From Gonapodya sp. JEL0774 (Eukaryota), in the NCBI GenBank assembly GCA_027604505.1, contig JADIIX010000031.1:62001-126000 (forward strand): a stretch of 64,000 nt of DNA, given 5' to 3'. Under the pieces are notes generated by a model, which worked only from the letters and a program-made list of their open reading frames with translations, searched no databases and had not been told where the DNA came from. Positions 35,022-46,242 of this stretch are shown here, piece by piece. Positions within the stretch are counted from its first letter, which is position 1, and the number at the start of each line of letters is the position of its first letter. The translations under genes and the position numbers were made by a program.

Positions 35022-37429
35022 CTATTCCGACTTCTCGATTTTCATGACCTCACTCTGACTGGACTCCACCGGCGCTGGCGTTGAAAGCAGTCGTTTGTCG
35101 GAACCGTCGACCTTTTGAAAGCACAAAGTATGACATGGGGTTTCAAACCACACTCATCAGTTGATGAACAAACTATGCCAAGACGCGAACTCACAGTTCG
35201 ATCATCTTGTACGACCGAGCCCACAACCGCCACAACACTCGATGTTCCAAGAGCCTTGGACGTCTCGGACAACTCGGCACCCGGTACTTTCAGTGTCGTG
35301 GTTCCAACCTTTGCGAAGTGAGACAGCAGTTTATCCATCTACGAGACAGGTTGAACCCGATTCTTGTGAGAGAAGGACTTACGGGACCCTCGGAAGCGCC
35401 TGACGATGCGACCGTTGCGTCGACTTCCGAAGAACCAGGCGCCAGGTGAGATTTCGAGTGAAAGGCGCTACTTGAGCTGACATTGGTCGGGTCTGACCCC
35501 ACGGGCGTTGATGGGTACACGACAGTGGACTTTCTCACAGACTCCAGTCGAGGAAGATTGCCAGGAGTTCCGCTGTCGAGGTTCGGCGCCATTCTCAGGC
35601 AGTCGCTACATGACAAAGGAGATAATCGGACAACATTAATGGTGAAACGTTATGGTGAAGTGCATCGGATGGTTCTTACATGGGGAACAACCCGTTGTGT
35701 CCGGTATCCAAGTTCGTGCCCGAAGCCCATCTGTACCGGCAAATCCAAGGAAACGTGCACGAGGGGGCAAGGTCAAAACACAGTGGTCGTCAACACCGCC
35801 CAAGCTTTGAACGACGCACCCGTCCCTAAAGTAGAATTCAACCAGAACAAAGTGACCGGGGATCAGCCTGATTTCATCGGTGTTTGTTGGCTCGAACTGA
35901 ATGAAGCGTTCAAGGTGCGAGAAGAGTAAGCGCAATATTCCAAAGTTTCCGATCCCGTAGGCGATCACTTCTTACCAAATGCTGCACAAAAGACGGGCTT
36001 GGGACTGGGTTGCGGATCATGGCATCACCCTTGACACCGAGGGATTCCGCCATTTTAAAGAAGAATGGGTGTGCTGACTGCTACATCAAAGACAAACTTA
36101 GTGCCGAAATCACGGTGCATTGTACATTTTGCACATGCCTGGGCGACACGTTCACTCACACTTTCCTTTTCCACGAGAGCAGCAGCCGACAGAGTTGCCT
36201 CCGACGCGGCGGGTGTGATTGAACGAGATTCCACACCAGATTCTCGAAGAGACAGTTTGCTTGGAGTTTGTTTTGCTCGTTGCGATGTGCCGGGCGGCGG
36301 ATCGAGAATTTCTGTCGAGGTTCTTCTCTTTCGAGACCGGACCAGAAAAATGCCGGCGAGTCCCAGTATAGCCAGTCCCGCGACGCCACCGGCAACGCCT
36401 CCAATGATGGCCCCTGTCGGGGAACTTGACGGGCTACTGGTTGAACCGACGACGCTGCCTGCATCACTGACAATGGTGCTCGCTGCGCTCGCGGCGCTCG
36501 CTGGTCCGGCGTTGATAGTCACCTGTGTCCCGTTTGCCTGTGACGAGGTAGAATTGGACGCTGGACACTGAGCCGAGGTTCCGGCAGGAACCGCTTGGTT
36601 CTCGGTGCGGCACAGGCGGGGAATATTTTCAGAGCACGAGTACAAGCCCCGGTTTGTGTTTCCTCTTGTGATGAAGCACTGGTACGTCACATCTCCTGGC
36701 AGCCTGTTGGCGACGTCTCCCGTAAAGTTGTTGCCCTCTAGGCGGAGGAAGCTCATGTTTGCTGCCCGTGAGAGGTCTGGAATAGGTCCAGTAAAGTGGT
36801 TATCTTGTATAGAGAGTTGGGAGAAAGCCGCCCCTTGGTCTTCAAAGGATGTCACAGGCCCACTGAGATTGTTGGACGAAAGGTCCACGTATTGAAGGAG
36901 GAACAGGCCTTTGAAAGACGGCATTGGCCCAACAAGATTGTTGATTCCAATATAAAAGTACTAGAAAGAAAGTATGTGACCCAAAGGATCCGCTTTTCGT
37001 GAGATTTCAAGTTACCCAAACGTCCTTCGCTTCGAGCCCACTCACAACAAGGTCCGTCAGGTTCGCCAAAGAGGGTATTGTGCCATTAAGTTTGTTGCTA
37101 TAAATGAATAGAACCTGCAGCTTGTTGAGCCCATCAAGTGACGGAATGGGTCCCGACAATCCCAATGCCTGTAGGGCGACATTTACAACCCGACCATTGA
37201 CACATCCAAACGCCGGAGGAATGTAGTCAGTATTTGTGAGTGCGCAGCAGTTTCCAGGAGTCCAGGGAAGTGTCAGGTTCGATTGACGGTAAATCTTCTC
37301 GAAAACAGCACAGTCTTCGGCCTCTGTTTGAGATCGAACCTGCCCGACGAGAAGGACAAGAACCGTTAAGGATAGAAATTGGTTGATGTTTAAAGCGAAT
37401 CGTCGTAGAGAGAAGTTCCGAAGGTTCAT
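35022..37429 (-). CDS. LRR receptor-like protein C: signal peptide, about 5 LRRs, TM, cytoplasmic SH3, Ser-rich tail (about 8 exons)
   Basis: QTEAEDCAVFEKIYRQSNLTLPWTPGNCC; LRRs; TM IIGGVAGGVAGLAILGLAGIFLV-RSRKRR; spliced SH3 FVQHL|FEPTNTDEIRLIPGHFVLVEFYFRDG|WASGTNLDTGHNGLFPI|DCL. The 3' exons are less certain. Confidence 0.82.
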
Positions 37430-38190
37430 CTCCCTTTCAAGTTGCGAAAAAGAAGGTGTCTCGGGCAAAACTACTCAAATTTGGAACCTGAGGGTTGGCA
37501 GTGCCGCAATGCTCAGGTGGTGCTCCACGAGTGTTCAAAACAACCCATCGCGCATTGACCGCTCGCTGGAAAAGCTCTTTAATATCCATAGCTTCGCGGA
37601 CCCATGTTGGAAAAATTAACGAAAGCATTTTGATCAGGGGAATGTTGGTCCGACGTGTGATAAAGAAAATACCTGTCAGCCACGGTCGCCGGCTGCCAAA
37701 GTTTCTCCCCGGTCCCTGGACCCAAACTCAATCGTCGTTAATCCACGCTTGGAGCACAGATTCTCTCAGCGACGCGAGTGTCAGTTATTTATCCTCTTCA
37801 GGAACGGCACCACCAGCACTCAGTGGTTCGGAATATGGGGGAGTCGAATTTTTCCAAATTCGGCCCAGTGTGGTCTGAGGAAGATCCTAACACCAAAGTT
37901 TTGTGGACACAAAGCATTTATCTACTCAGCTCAAGATTGATATTCATTTGAATGCGGATACTATCAAACGCATCAGTTGCGATGGTGCCTTCGGAGTTGC
38001 CGCAAGAGAGCGACGTATATTATGTTCTCTCATCAAAACTTCATTCTAATGCTGCTCCTCGCAAAGAAACTGCGCTCTGAGTTATGTTATTGTGCGTGAG
38101 CAGTAAGTGGCATTACTGTAAATCCACATCCAGGCCGCACACGTCCAAGACCACTTGTCCGCTGTCTCCCCATCGCGGGGAATCTGGGCG

Positions 38191-40741
38191 ATGCCCCGAT
38201 GGCAGACAGTATCAGTACTGTTTTTCGTTCTGTCCACCTTTTCTAAACTTGTCTCAACGCAAACGATATCACAAGACTGTTCCATCTTCGAGACACTGTT
38301 CAACCAGTCGCGGATAGCTATTGCCTGGGCCCCTGGTGATTGCTGCGGGTTTACCAATAGCTCCACCAGAACGGTTCTGTTTCAGTGCGACACGAACGGA
38401 CGGCTCTCAGGGGTCAACCTCACTGGTGTCGGACTGTCGGGATCATTACCAAACCTGAACGGACTCACAGAGCTCGTTTCGCTTCGAGCGTCCAACAATT
38501 CGTTGACTGGATCAATACCGTCGATTTCAAACTTGACCAAGTTGCAGGTGTGTTTCAGCGCACACGAACGCGTATCAATTGAAGGGATTGGGTTCATTCA
38601 GTCATATAGTAACGACGGTTTTACCGCCAATCCCAAAGGCAATCTACTTTAGCTACAATCGCTTGAATGGCACATTGCCATTATTCGATGGCCTCATTGA
38701 TCTTCAGTATATCCACTTCCAGTATAACCAGATGACTGGTCCCATCCCTTCACTCTCCTCTCAACGAAAGCTCCTCCACCTCGTACTGAACGATAATCAC
38801 TTCACGGGAAATGCTCCGGATCTGTCTTTCATTCCGCTTCTGCTCTACTATCAAGTTCAGAACAACAATCTCAGTGGGAACATTGACGGACGACTGCCGA
38901 ACAGAATCAACCCAGGTTGTTTCCTCTATCCGAACGCTGGACTCTACTCTTGCAAAAGGAATTTTACGGGTGATTGCATAATTGACACAGATCGGATACC
39001 GAATACGGGTCCGGAATGTCCGGCGGGCATCACTAGCAGTATTTCGAGTACAGCCGCCCCTTCATCGCCATCTTTCACGACCACAACGGGTTCATACACT
39101 AACGCTCCAAGCGCACTGAACGCAGTATCGCGGGATGCTGTTACTGGAGGGGTAGTGGGTGGCCTCGCAGGATGTGGACTTCTAGTTGGATTACTGCTCT
39201 TCGCGTGGAGGCGCCGAAGACGAAAGCAACCCACACCGACTCCTACAGATCGATCGTCAACCGAAACATTAGCTGCTGGTGGGGGAATGGTCTCAGGCAT
39301 AACAGAAAATAGCTCGGAAGAGGGGGAAATCAGTCGCAGCCGAAGGCCCGGAGATTCAGTTCAACAATCCCAAGCGCACCGCTCTTCGGCTTCTTCTGCC
39401 GTAATCCCAGCTCACGACTCAAAAGCATTATCAACGCCTCCTCCAGAAGAACTATCACTGGTGAGTTCACACTCACTGATAGCACTCTATGGCTGATCTA
39501 TCCTTATCGAAGTCTTACCGTACCGCGGACCTCCAGTCTCATTGGTTCTTTCATCAAATTGCCCGTCCTCTGCACCTGCAAGATGAAGTTATTGTACAGT
39601 ATCGTGGTGACGAGCCTCTCGTAGTGGAGCACTCGGTGAGTCCTCGACACAATGAAGTTGTGATTAGTACAGAGCCTTTGTCGATCGTCAGTTTCACCCC
39701 GTAGTACGAGCCAGCGAACGCGGATGAACTGCATCTTGTTCCAGGAAACCGTGTTGTCCTCATGCAAATCATTCGCGACGGTAAGCTACCGAATGGTTGG
39801 GGTGCGAAGCACATGAACCTCGCATTCTTACTATCCTCCCTTCGTGTCTTCTCCCTTTTGCAGGATGGGCTATCGGAACCAATTTGGACACAGGACAGGA
39901 AGGAATGCTCCCCCTGTAAGTCATTGTCGAACATGCAGTAGTTCCATACCTTTCCCCTGATCCTGCTTTGGCTCTTCTCGTGTCTTTGAAATTCTACTCG
40001 CAGCGACTGCCTCGATCTCGGTGCTACTTTTTCCTTCGGAATAGCATCTGGGCGAAGTATGTCTACCTCTTTCCGGGGTCCAGCGCCGAGAGCAAATTCC
40101 CTGCAATACTCTGGAATCGTGCCGCGATATGATGTTCGAGGGGCAGAGTTCTCGAAGCGTCAGCTGACCCCAGTTGTTGAAGAGAAGGATGGGGGCATAA
40201 TGGAGACATCCCATCGGGTGAGAGACTTGAGCACCGCCTCGATCCAATGCATTGTTTTGGAGGCGAATAACTGAATCTCTGTTTTGTCCTCCAGAGTTAC
40301 ATTTCTCACGTCAGCTCGGGCACCAGCGGTGACTCACTCACCTCGACCACTCTTGGTCAGTCAAACTCATCCGATGCCGCGTCGGCAGAGTCTTCCAAGG
40401 AAATGGTGATCACATGCTTCACAATTTGGCCTTCCTCTTGGGAAATTCAACTACGGTACCTTTTCGTAATTCAGGTTGCCGCGTCGGTGGTTCCCGCAAA
40501 AGCGTTGGAATTACCCCCACGCAGAATCGGCCAAAGCCTTTCTCCCCGTCGCCAACTGCCTCATAACTCTACAATTTTGAGTACTACTGCAACCGTGGGG
40601 TCTCATCGCTTAACCTCTGAGATGTTGGTATGTGTTGAATGTCAGACACTTCTGGGGACTTCCAAGGTTTCTCAACATTCGAATCATAGTTCCTTCCTCC
40701 TCAGCCAGATAACTCTCCATCAAGTACAACTGCAACTCTAG
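38191..40741 (+). CDS. LRR receptor-like protein D: signal peptide, about 5 LRRs, TM, cytoplasmic SH3, Ser-rich tail (introns 38548-38638, 39461-39536, 39636-39704, 39781-39863, 39916-40003 and further 3' introns)
   Basis: QTISQDCSIFETLFNQSRIAIAWAPGDCC; LRRs such as LTELVSLRASNNSLTGSIPSI; TM VVGGLAGCGLLVGLLLFAW-RRRRRK; SH3 VVEHS|YEPANADELHLVPGNRVVLMQIIRDG|WAIGTNLDTGQEGMLPL|DCL. The 3' end is less certain. Confidence 0.82.
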
Positions 40742-41140
40742 GACTAGGATCAGTCTCACAGCCATCTACAGATTCAGTGAGTTGGATACTCATTATCACT
40801 TTGACCTGGTGCTGACTGAGAAGCCTATCGCATCAGTCCTCTCGTAAAATTTCGAATTCGCTTTTGAGCACAACGGCTACTGTTGGCTCCACGTATACCG
40901 TTAATCGAAAATCTCAGGTTGTTTCCGGTCACACAAGACCTTCCGTACACACTACTTGACGCCTGCCGAACGAAATATTTTTGTATCATAGCTGTATATG
41001 CCGGAGCCTTTTGACTGTGAATAGAATTTTTAGTCCCGTCCTTCTATGTATTACTGTGTTGGAAATTCGTTGGTGCCCCTCGCTCCAGATTTTCAAATAA
41101 GCGAGAACAACTTCCTCACGCACGTTCCGAACTGCCTTGA

Positions 41141-42346
41141 ATGGGCGCGATCGTAACGCTATTGTCTCTTCCTCTCGAATCCCAGGCCGCGATTGCTTAC
41201 CTACTCCCAATGCGGTCGCGACTCGCGTACGCCGGAACCTGCCGAAACCTTCGCCGGGTACTGTTCTTCCCCTCTGTTTGGGAGCGTCTTGACTTCTCTG
41301 ACGTTGGGGATGTTCTCGGTGATCGTGAATTTGAACATTTAGTGCGATTAGTGGCAGGGTGGGTCAGGAGGGAGACTGTCGAATGGGGCGTGCGTTCCGG
41401 GAACTCCACCGTTCGCGCACTGGTACTCGCGAGTATGCGGGAAGTCATTCTGGATGGAACGGACGTGTCCCTTTGGACAATAATTGGGCTTCTTCAGCAA
41501 GCGGATTTGCTCCACCTGTCATTTACCGCGCCGATCAGCAATCTCGTCGCAATCCTGGAAGGTCGGACTTGGGCACAGAAGGAGAATGATTTCGTGTGTG
41601 CCAAATTAAGTCTGGCTGATTCTCGACTCCGGTCCCTGCGAGTTTGTGCACCGGAAGATGTCCGGCCAAGATTTCGTGATATTGTCGATCTGATTGATGC
41701 CGCGAGGGAAACGTTCCCCAACCTCATTATCATGCATCCATTTATATGCTATGACTGCGACAGTGAGGTGATCCTGGACTCCAAGCGTATTGCTCTGTTC
41801 TCAACTCCGGAAGCTTCTGCGTCCCACGGGAACCCAGAGCACGCATGGCGAAGGTGTCGGTCCTGCGTGGACGAGCGAACCTGCCATGATTGTGGGGCGT
41901 ACGACTCACATGATTCTGATGAAATGCAAGGATTGGACGATGAGGTGTGGGTGACAAATAACGTTCAATGCGTGCTCTGCCGGCAAGCGGGACCGCGAAC
42001 ACTGTGTCAGTCGTGTCTGAGCACATGGGTGCAATGCTCCCTACTATTTTGTGACAGCTATGCAATGTGCGGTACCTGTGTGGAGGCTGGTAAAACACTG
42101 CAGTGTCGGGAATGTGGACATTCAAATTTCTGCGACCATCATTCGTATTTCCCTTGCAAACGTCGATGCGGCGCCCTGAGCTGTAGCGACTGTATTGGCC
42201 AGCTCACGAGATGTGACATATGTTCGGAGGATATGTGCGTGGTCTGTGATTCACCAGTTAATGATGGGCTATGTTTGGACTGTCGTCCCAAATCTTCGGA
42301 TGACGACTCGCCTTGTTTCTCTCCATCGTATCTATTCTCGCCCTAG
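41141..42346 (+). CDS. F-box-like protein with Cys-rich (poly-CxxC) C-terminus, intronless
   Basis: N-terminal LLSLPLESQAAIAYLLPMRSRLAYAGTCRNLRRVLFFPSVWERLDFS fits the F-box pattern; about 11 CxxC pairs in the C-terminal half. Confidence 0.75.
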   Translation: MGAIVTLLSLPLESQAAIAYLLPMRSRLAYAGTCRNLRRVLFFPSVWERLDFSDVGDVLGDREFEHLVRLVAGWVRRETVEWGVRSGNSTVRALVLASMREVILDGTDVSLWTIIGLLQQADLLHLSFTAPISNLVAILEGRTWAQKENDFVCAKLSLADSRLRSLRVCAPEDVRPRFRDIVDLIDAARETFPNLIIMHPFICYDCDSEVILDSKRIALFSTPEASASHGNPEHAWRRCRSCVDERTCHDCGAYDSHDSDEMQGLDDEVWVTNNVQCVLCRQAGPRTLCQSCLSTWVQCSLLFCDSYAMCGTCVEAGKTLQCRECGHSNFCDHHSYFPCKRRCGALSCSDCIGQLTRCDICSEDMCVVCDSPVNDGLCLDCRPKSSDDDSPCFSPSYLFSP

Positions 42347-42544
42347 ATTTATGCGACTAAGTAATTATTTCTTTTGTATTAGGTGGGAATGTGATCTGGG
42401 CACCTGTACTTCATTCCTGTGGTCTGCTGCTTGCTGCGCACGACTTCGGGCCTCTTTGAATCAACAGCATCCATCTCTTTAAATCTACAGCATCCATCAT
42501 CGGACTGTTACTGACTTCAACAGCTCTCCTTTCAAATAGCGGCC

Positions 42545-43654
42545 ATGAGCTCCGAGGCTAACTTTCTTTCTCTCCCAATCGAGACCGTCGCAAACGCTTT
42601 TTCGTACCTTCCAATCGCCTCTCGTGTCCGCGTAGCGTTCGCCTCCCGGCTCTTGGCTAAGGTCGCTGAAATACCCTCTGTATGGGGCACGGTGGACTTT
42701 ACGGGTGTTAGCTCGCTCGGGGACCACGAGTTTGAACAGTTTCTAGCGTGTACTGGCGAACGAATCGCGCAATCTCTGGGACTCTCCCGTGCGGAGGGCC
42801 GGGCGATTCTCCTGGCGAGAGCTCAACATGTTCTTCTCGGTAGAACTAACGTGACAATGTGGACAGTGGCGAAGCTTCTTCAGCAGCCGAATCTCGTCAC
42901 CTTATCGTTCGACGGCTGCGCTCAGGTTTCGCTGAAAGACCTCACTTTATTCTTGGAAAAGAACGTGTCGATGAATTTCGTAGAATGCAATCTTGAAAGT
43001 TTGACCGTATCTGCGAGAATCCCACCTGACTGGCGATACCCACAGGTGGACTCCTACGTGATTTGGAACCTCACAATGACGGCAAGAAAGTTTTTCCCGA
43101 GGCTTACCACCATCTTGCCGACTGTTTGTTGCGATTGTGTACGGCCAATTAGGGATGCTGATAGAGGAGGATATCGGAGCCCGTGGTATTGTTTTCGATG
43201 CGTGAAGCAGAGGATATGTTCCTTCTGCGATTGCTTCGACGACAACATGGAGCACAAGTTGCTATTCCAAAAGTGCAGATGCAACTTTTGCGGAATTCAA
43301 TGCGTTTCATGTACGCCTTGTCGGACATCAGGTCGCACGTGCGCCCAGCCTTCTGGATGTAAACAGTTCGCTGCCTGTGTTACCTGCGTCCAGAACCGGC
43401 CAGTCGAGAACTTACATTGTTGGAAGTGTGGAACAGGCCCCTTTTGCAGCGACCACACGATAAGTATTTGGAGAGACTGCACTTGTGAGAGCGCTCCCGG
43501 ACCCTGCCCATCACCCTGCCCATCACAAGAAGTCGGATGTGACAAGTGCGTACAAAAGTCTGTGAGGTGCCTTCAATGTAACAAAATTTTGTGTGCCCGA
43601 TGTGACGCTGGGAAAACTGACACTTCTGTAGGGGATTGCGGCAGATGCAGCTGA
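42545..43654 (+). CDS. F-box-like protein with Cys-rich (poly-CxxC) C-terminus, tandem paralog, intronless
   Basis: FLSLPIETVANAFSYLPIASRVRVAFASRLLAKVAEIPSVWGTVDFTGVSSLGDHEFE; shares LGDxEFE and TxVxxWT..LLQQ motifs with the 41141 gene. Confidence 0.75.
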   Translation: MSSEANFLSLPIETVANAFSYLPIASRVRVAFASRLLAKVAEIPSVWGTVDFTGVSSLGDHEFEQFLACTGERIAQSLGLSRAEGRAILLARAQHVLLGRTNVTMWTVAKLLQQPNLVTLSFDGCAQVSLKDLTLFLEKNVSMNFVECNLESLTVSARIPPDWRYPQVDSYVIWNLTMTARKFFPRLTTILPTVCCDCVRPIRDADRGGYRSPWYCFRCVKQRICSFCDCFDDNMEHKLLFQKCRCNFCGIQCVSCTPCRTSGRTCAQPSGCKQFAACVTCVQNRPVENLHCWKCGTGPFCSDHTISIWRDCTCESAPGPCPSPCPSQEVGCDKCVQKSVRCLQCNKILCARCDAGKTDTSVGDCGRCS

Positions 43655-44233
43655 TGGGTTTGGACGGCCGCCCCGAACACTCTCGAGTAATTTACTTTGG
43701 TTTTGTACCATGAGCATTCTCCCTTTGCGAAAATAGCCTTTCAATGTTTTTGTGCATCGCCCCAGGAGCGTTTTATGTCAGCCTGTCAGCCCGCGGGAGG
43801 AGGTGCCTGAGCGACTTTGAAGCCCATCCCTGAAGGTCCGTTCTGTACACCGATAACCGCATTTGTCATCAATGCATTGCTCCGTTATGAGTCCCAAGCG
43901 AGGTTGACTCTTTGTACAACGCCGAGCAAAATAACAAGTGATCGGGAAACCCACTTTGACCGCATTAGGAAAATACAAACCAATGTACCCGATCCACGCA
44001 CCACGCCGCAATATGAAAAAGCACGGCACTCTGAGACACTTGTTCACACAGTTGCCGGTGTCCTTGGAATTTTTATTCGCCCTGACATTGTGTAATCCTT
44101 GTGGTGGTTGCGGGGGGGCTCATCACAAAACAGCTGAGGCGCTCCGGGCGGCCCCGGTGGTCAGGGAACTTTTGACATTTGGACGAGAAAAAGTTCGGCG
44201 TCTCCTGAAGAAAATCCTCAACGCGCCGATCTG

Positions 44234-45425
44234 ATGTCTGTGAGCACGAATCCCGGCATCTTCGCTGCGAGAATGGTCGCAATCCTCCTCTGTGCTTCGA
44301 TGATAAGGCCGGCGTCTGCTCAAGAAACTCCGGCTTCAGCAGCATCCAACGTCCCCGACGAATCGCCTTCGAGCGTGTCCAGCATGACCGTTATTCTCAC
44401 GTCCTCACTGGCTAGCATGGCTGTTGTGGGTATTGTTGTCTCTGTTGTTCTCTGGCTCCGCAGGCGGAAGCGGAACAGCACCGGCGCAGGTGAGTCATAC
44501 ACGGCACGATGGTCGACGTTTTCTCATAATTGGTCGATTCGAATCAATCTATTTCTTTTCTCTTTTGGACTCTGTTTCGCTCATGGCGTTTCGCATGTCC
44601 GCTCTTCGTTTCAAAGAACTTTCCAAACTGCCGTCTACAAACACAGCACCGCCACCGGCCAGAACAGCGTCCAGGGGACATTCAATGCCCCCTGTACACG
44701 GAACTACGGACCGCCCTTCGGTGTTTTGGCTTCTGTCCCACGCCTCGACATCTTCCATCTCCAGCTGGGGCTCTTCATATCGAATCTCCCCAACACCGTC
44801 CCTCACTTCCATCGTCAGCGTCGCACCGTCACCAAGGTCCTTTACCCCCCAAGGTAGACATTCGCGTGCTGGCAGTGTTGCAACTCAAACCTCCATCGTT
44901 ACACTGACGGGAAAAGAATCGCCGCTTGCGCTTGACGCTTCATTTGGTTCAGCCGGGTCGACACAGAGGTCCCTGAATGCATCTCTACCAAGGCACCAAA
45001 CCACCAGAAATCCTGGAAATCGAGCTGTTAGCGGTTCAGTTTTTGGCCTTGTGTCACCAATAAGCCCGATTGCACGATCCTTGGTGATTCCGCGGTCTAA
45101 CCGTCAACCAGGTGCCGGCATCGGGACGGTCCCCAGCATACCACGCACAATGACTTCAGCATCGCTTTATATGACTAGCTCCGCCGACTCGTCATCAGCC
45201 AGCTCCCTGTCGTCCACAGATTCCAGTGTAGTGAGCATGGACCGCCCTCCTTCTCTGCACCCATCGCTCCGCACTGCACCAGCGCCAACTGTTCCTGGAT
45301 TGGTTGCAAGCAAATCGATAACAACACAGCTGGCAAGTCCAGATAAGCCATATTTCGGACCAGCTCGGGTCTCGGGCGAAGCAGTGATCGACCCGCGGAA
45401 CACAATTGGCGCTGGCGCCGCGTAG
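44234..45425 (+). CDS. Type I membrane protein with very short ectodomain and Ser-rich cytoplasmic tail (intron about 44490-44617)
   Basis: Leader ...AILLCASMIRPASA|Q; TM ILTSSLASMAVVGIVVSVVLWL-RRRKR; a phase-1 splice leads into ORF 44424-45425. Confidence 0.65.
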
Positions 45426-46242
45426 TACATCGCAATCATATCATATCTTTCAGCAGATGCTCATTGCCGCTGGCGGCTGACTTCTAGAAGCGGGACTTCT
45501 AGTGGACTTTGTTAATCGCACGTTTTGGAGGTTGTTAGTTCTCGTAAAGAGCCTGTCAAGTGCGCTGGACGCACTGGAGTTGGATTTGTCGACATGACCT
45601 GCATGATTGCCATAGTACTCTAGGTAAAATAGAAAGAACGATTTGGCGGTTGACATACGCACATGCTGGTGTTGAGCTCTACAAGCAGGACAATAACGAT
45701 CAGGAGTAGTACATGCACGACACAGACCCGGCCCAGGTAGGCTCACAGCTACTAATGTAGCTATCGGGCACATCTTCATTTCGTATGACCATTCCCGTCA
45801 TCTCTTATGAAATCTTTGGGAATCCATATAAACGGACTTATGTAAATCATGCGATGACTCTAAAGTGCGATGAACCCTGATCAGGAACAGACATCGCAGC
45901 TTTCATGAATGCCCTTCTTCACACTGGGGGACCTTTGTGCGTGTGGCATACGGTTGATCATTCCGTGGTCGGCAGAAATCACACCACCGCTACATGAGCG
46001 AAACCGTTGAAACCGGCATATGCAATTTATTGGAACTCGAAAATTCTTCTCCAGGCCTTCCAATGAAATCTCTTATTGCAAACTGTTTCTAGGCACGAAT
46101 AAGCTCATGAAACACGCCATATACGGCTGATCTGGCCGGTCCCTGAATATGAAACAGAGGCACACGCTCAAGAGCTCGTGCCAAGATCTCTTGGGTAGAC
46201 AAATCCGATAATACGAACAGCGAATCGAACGCAGCGGACACA

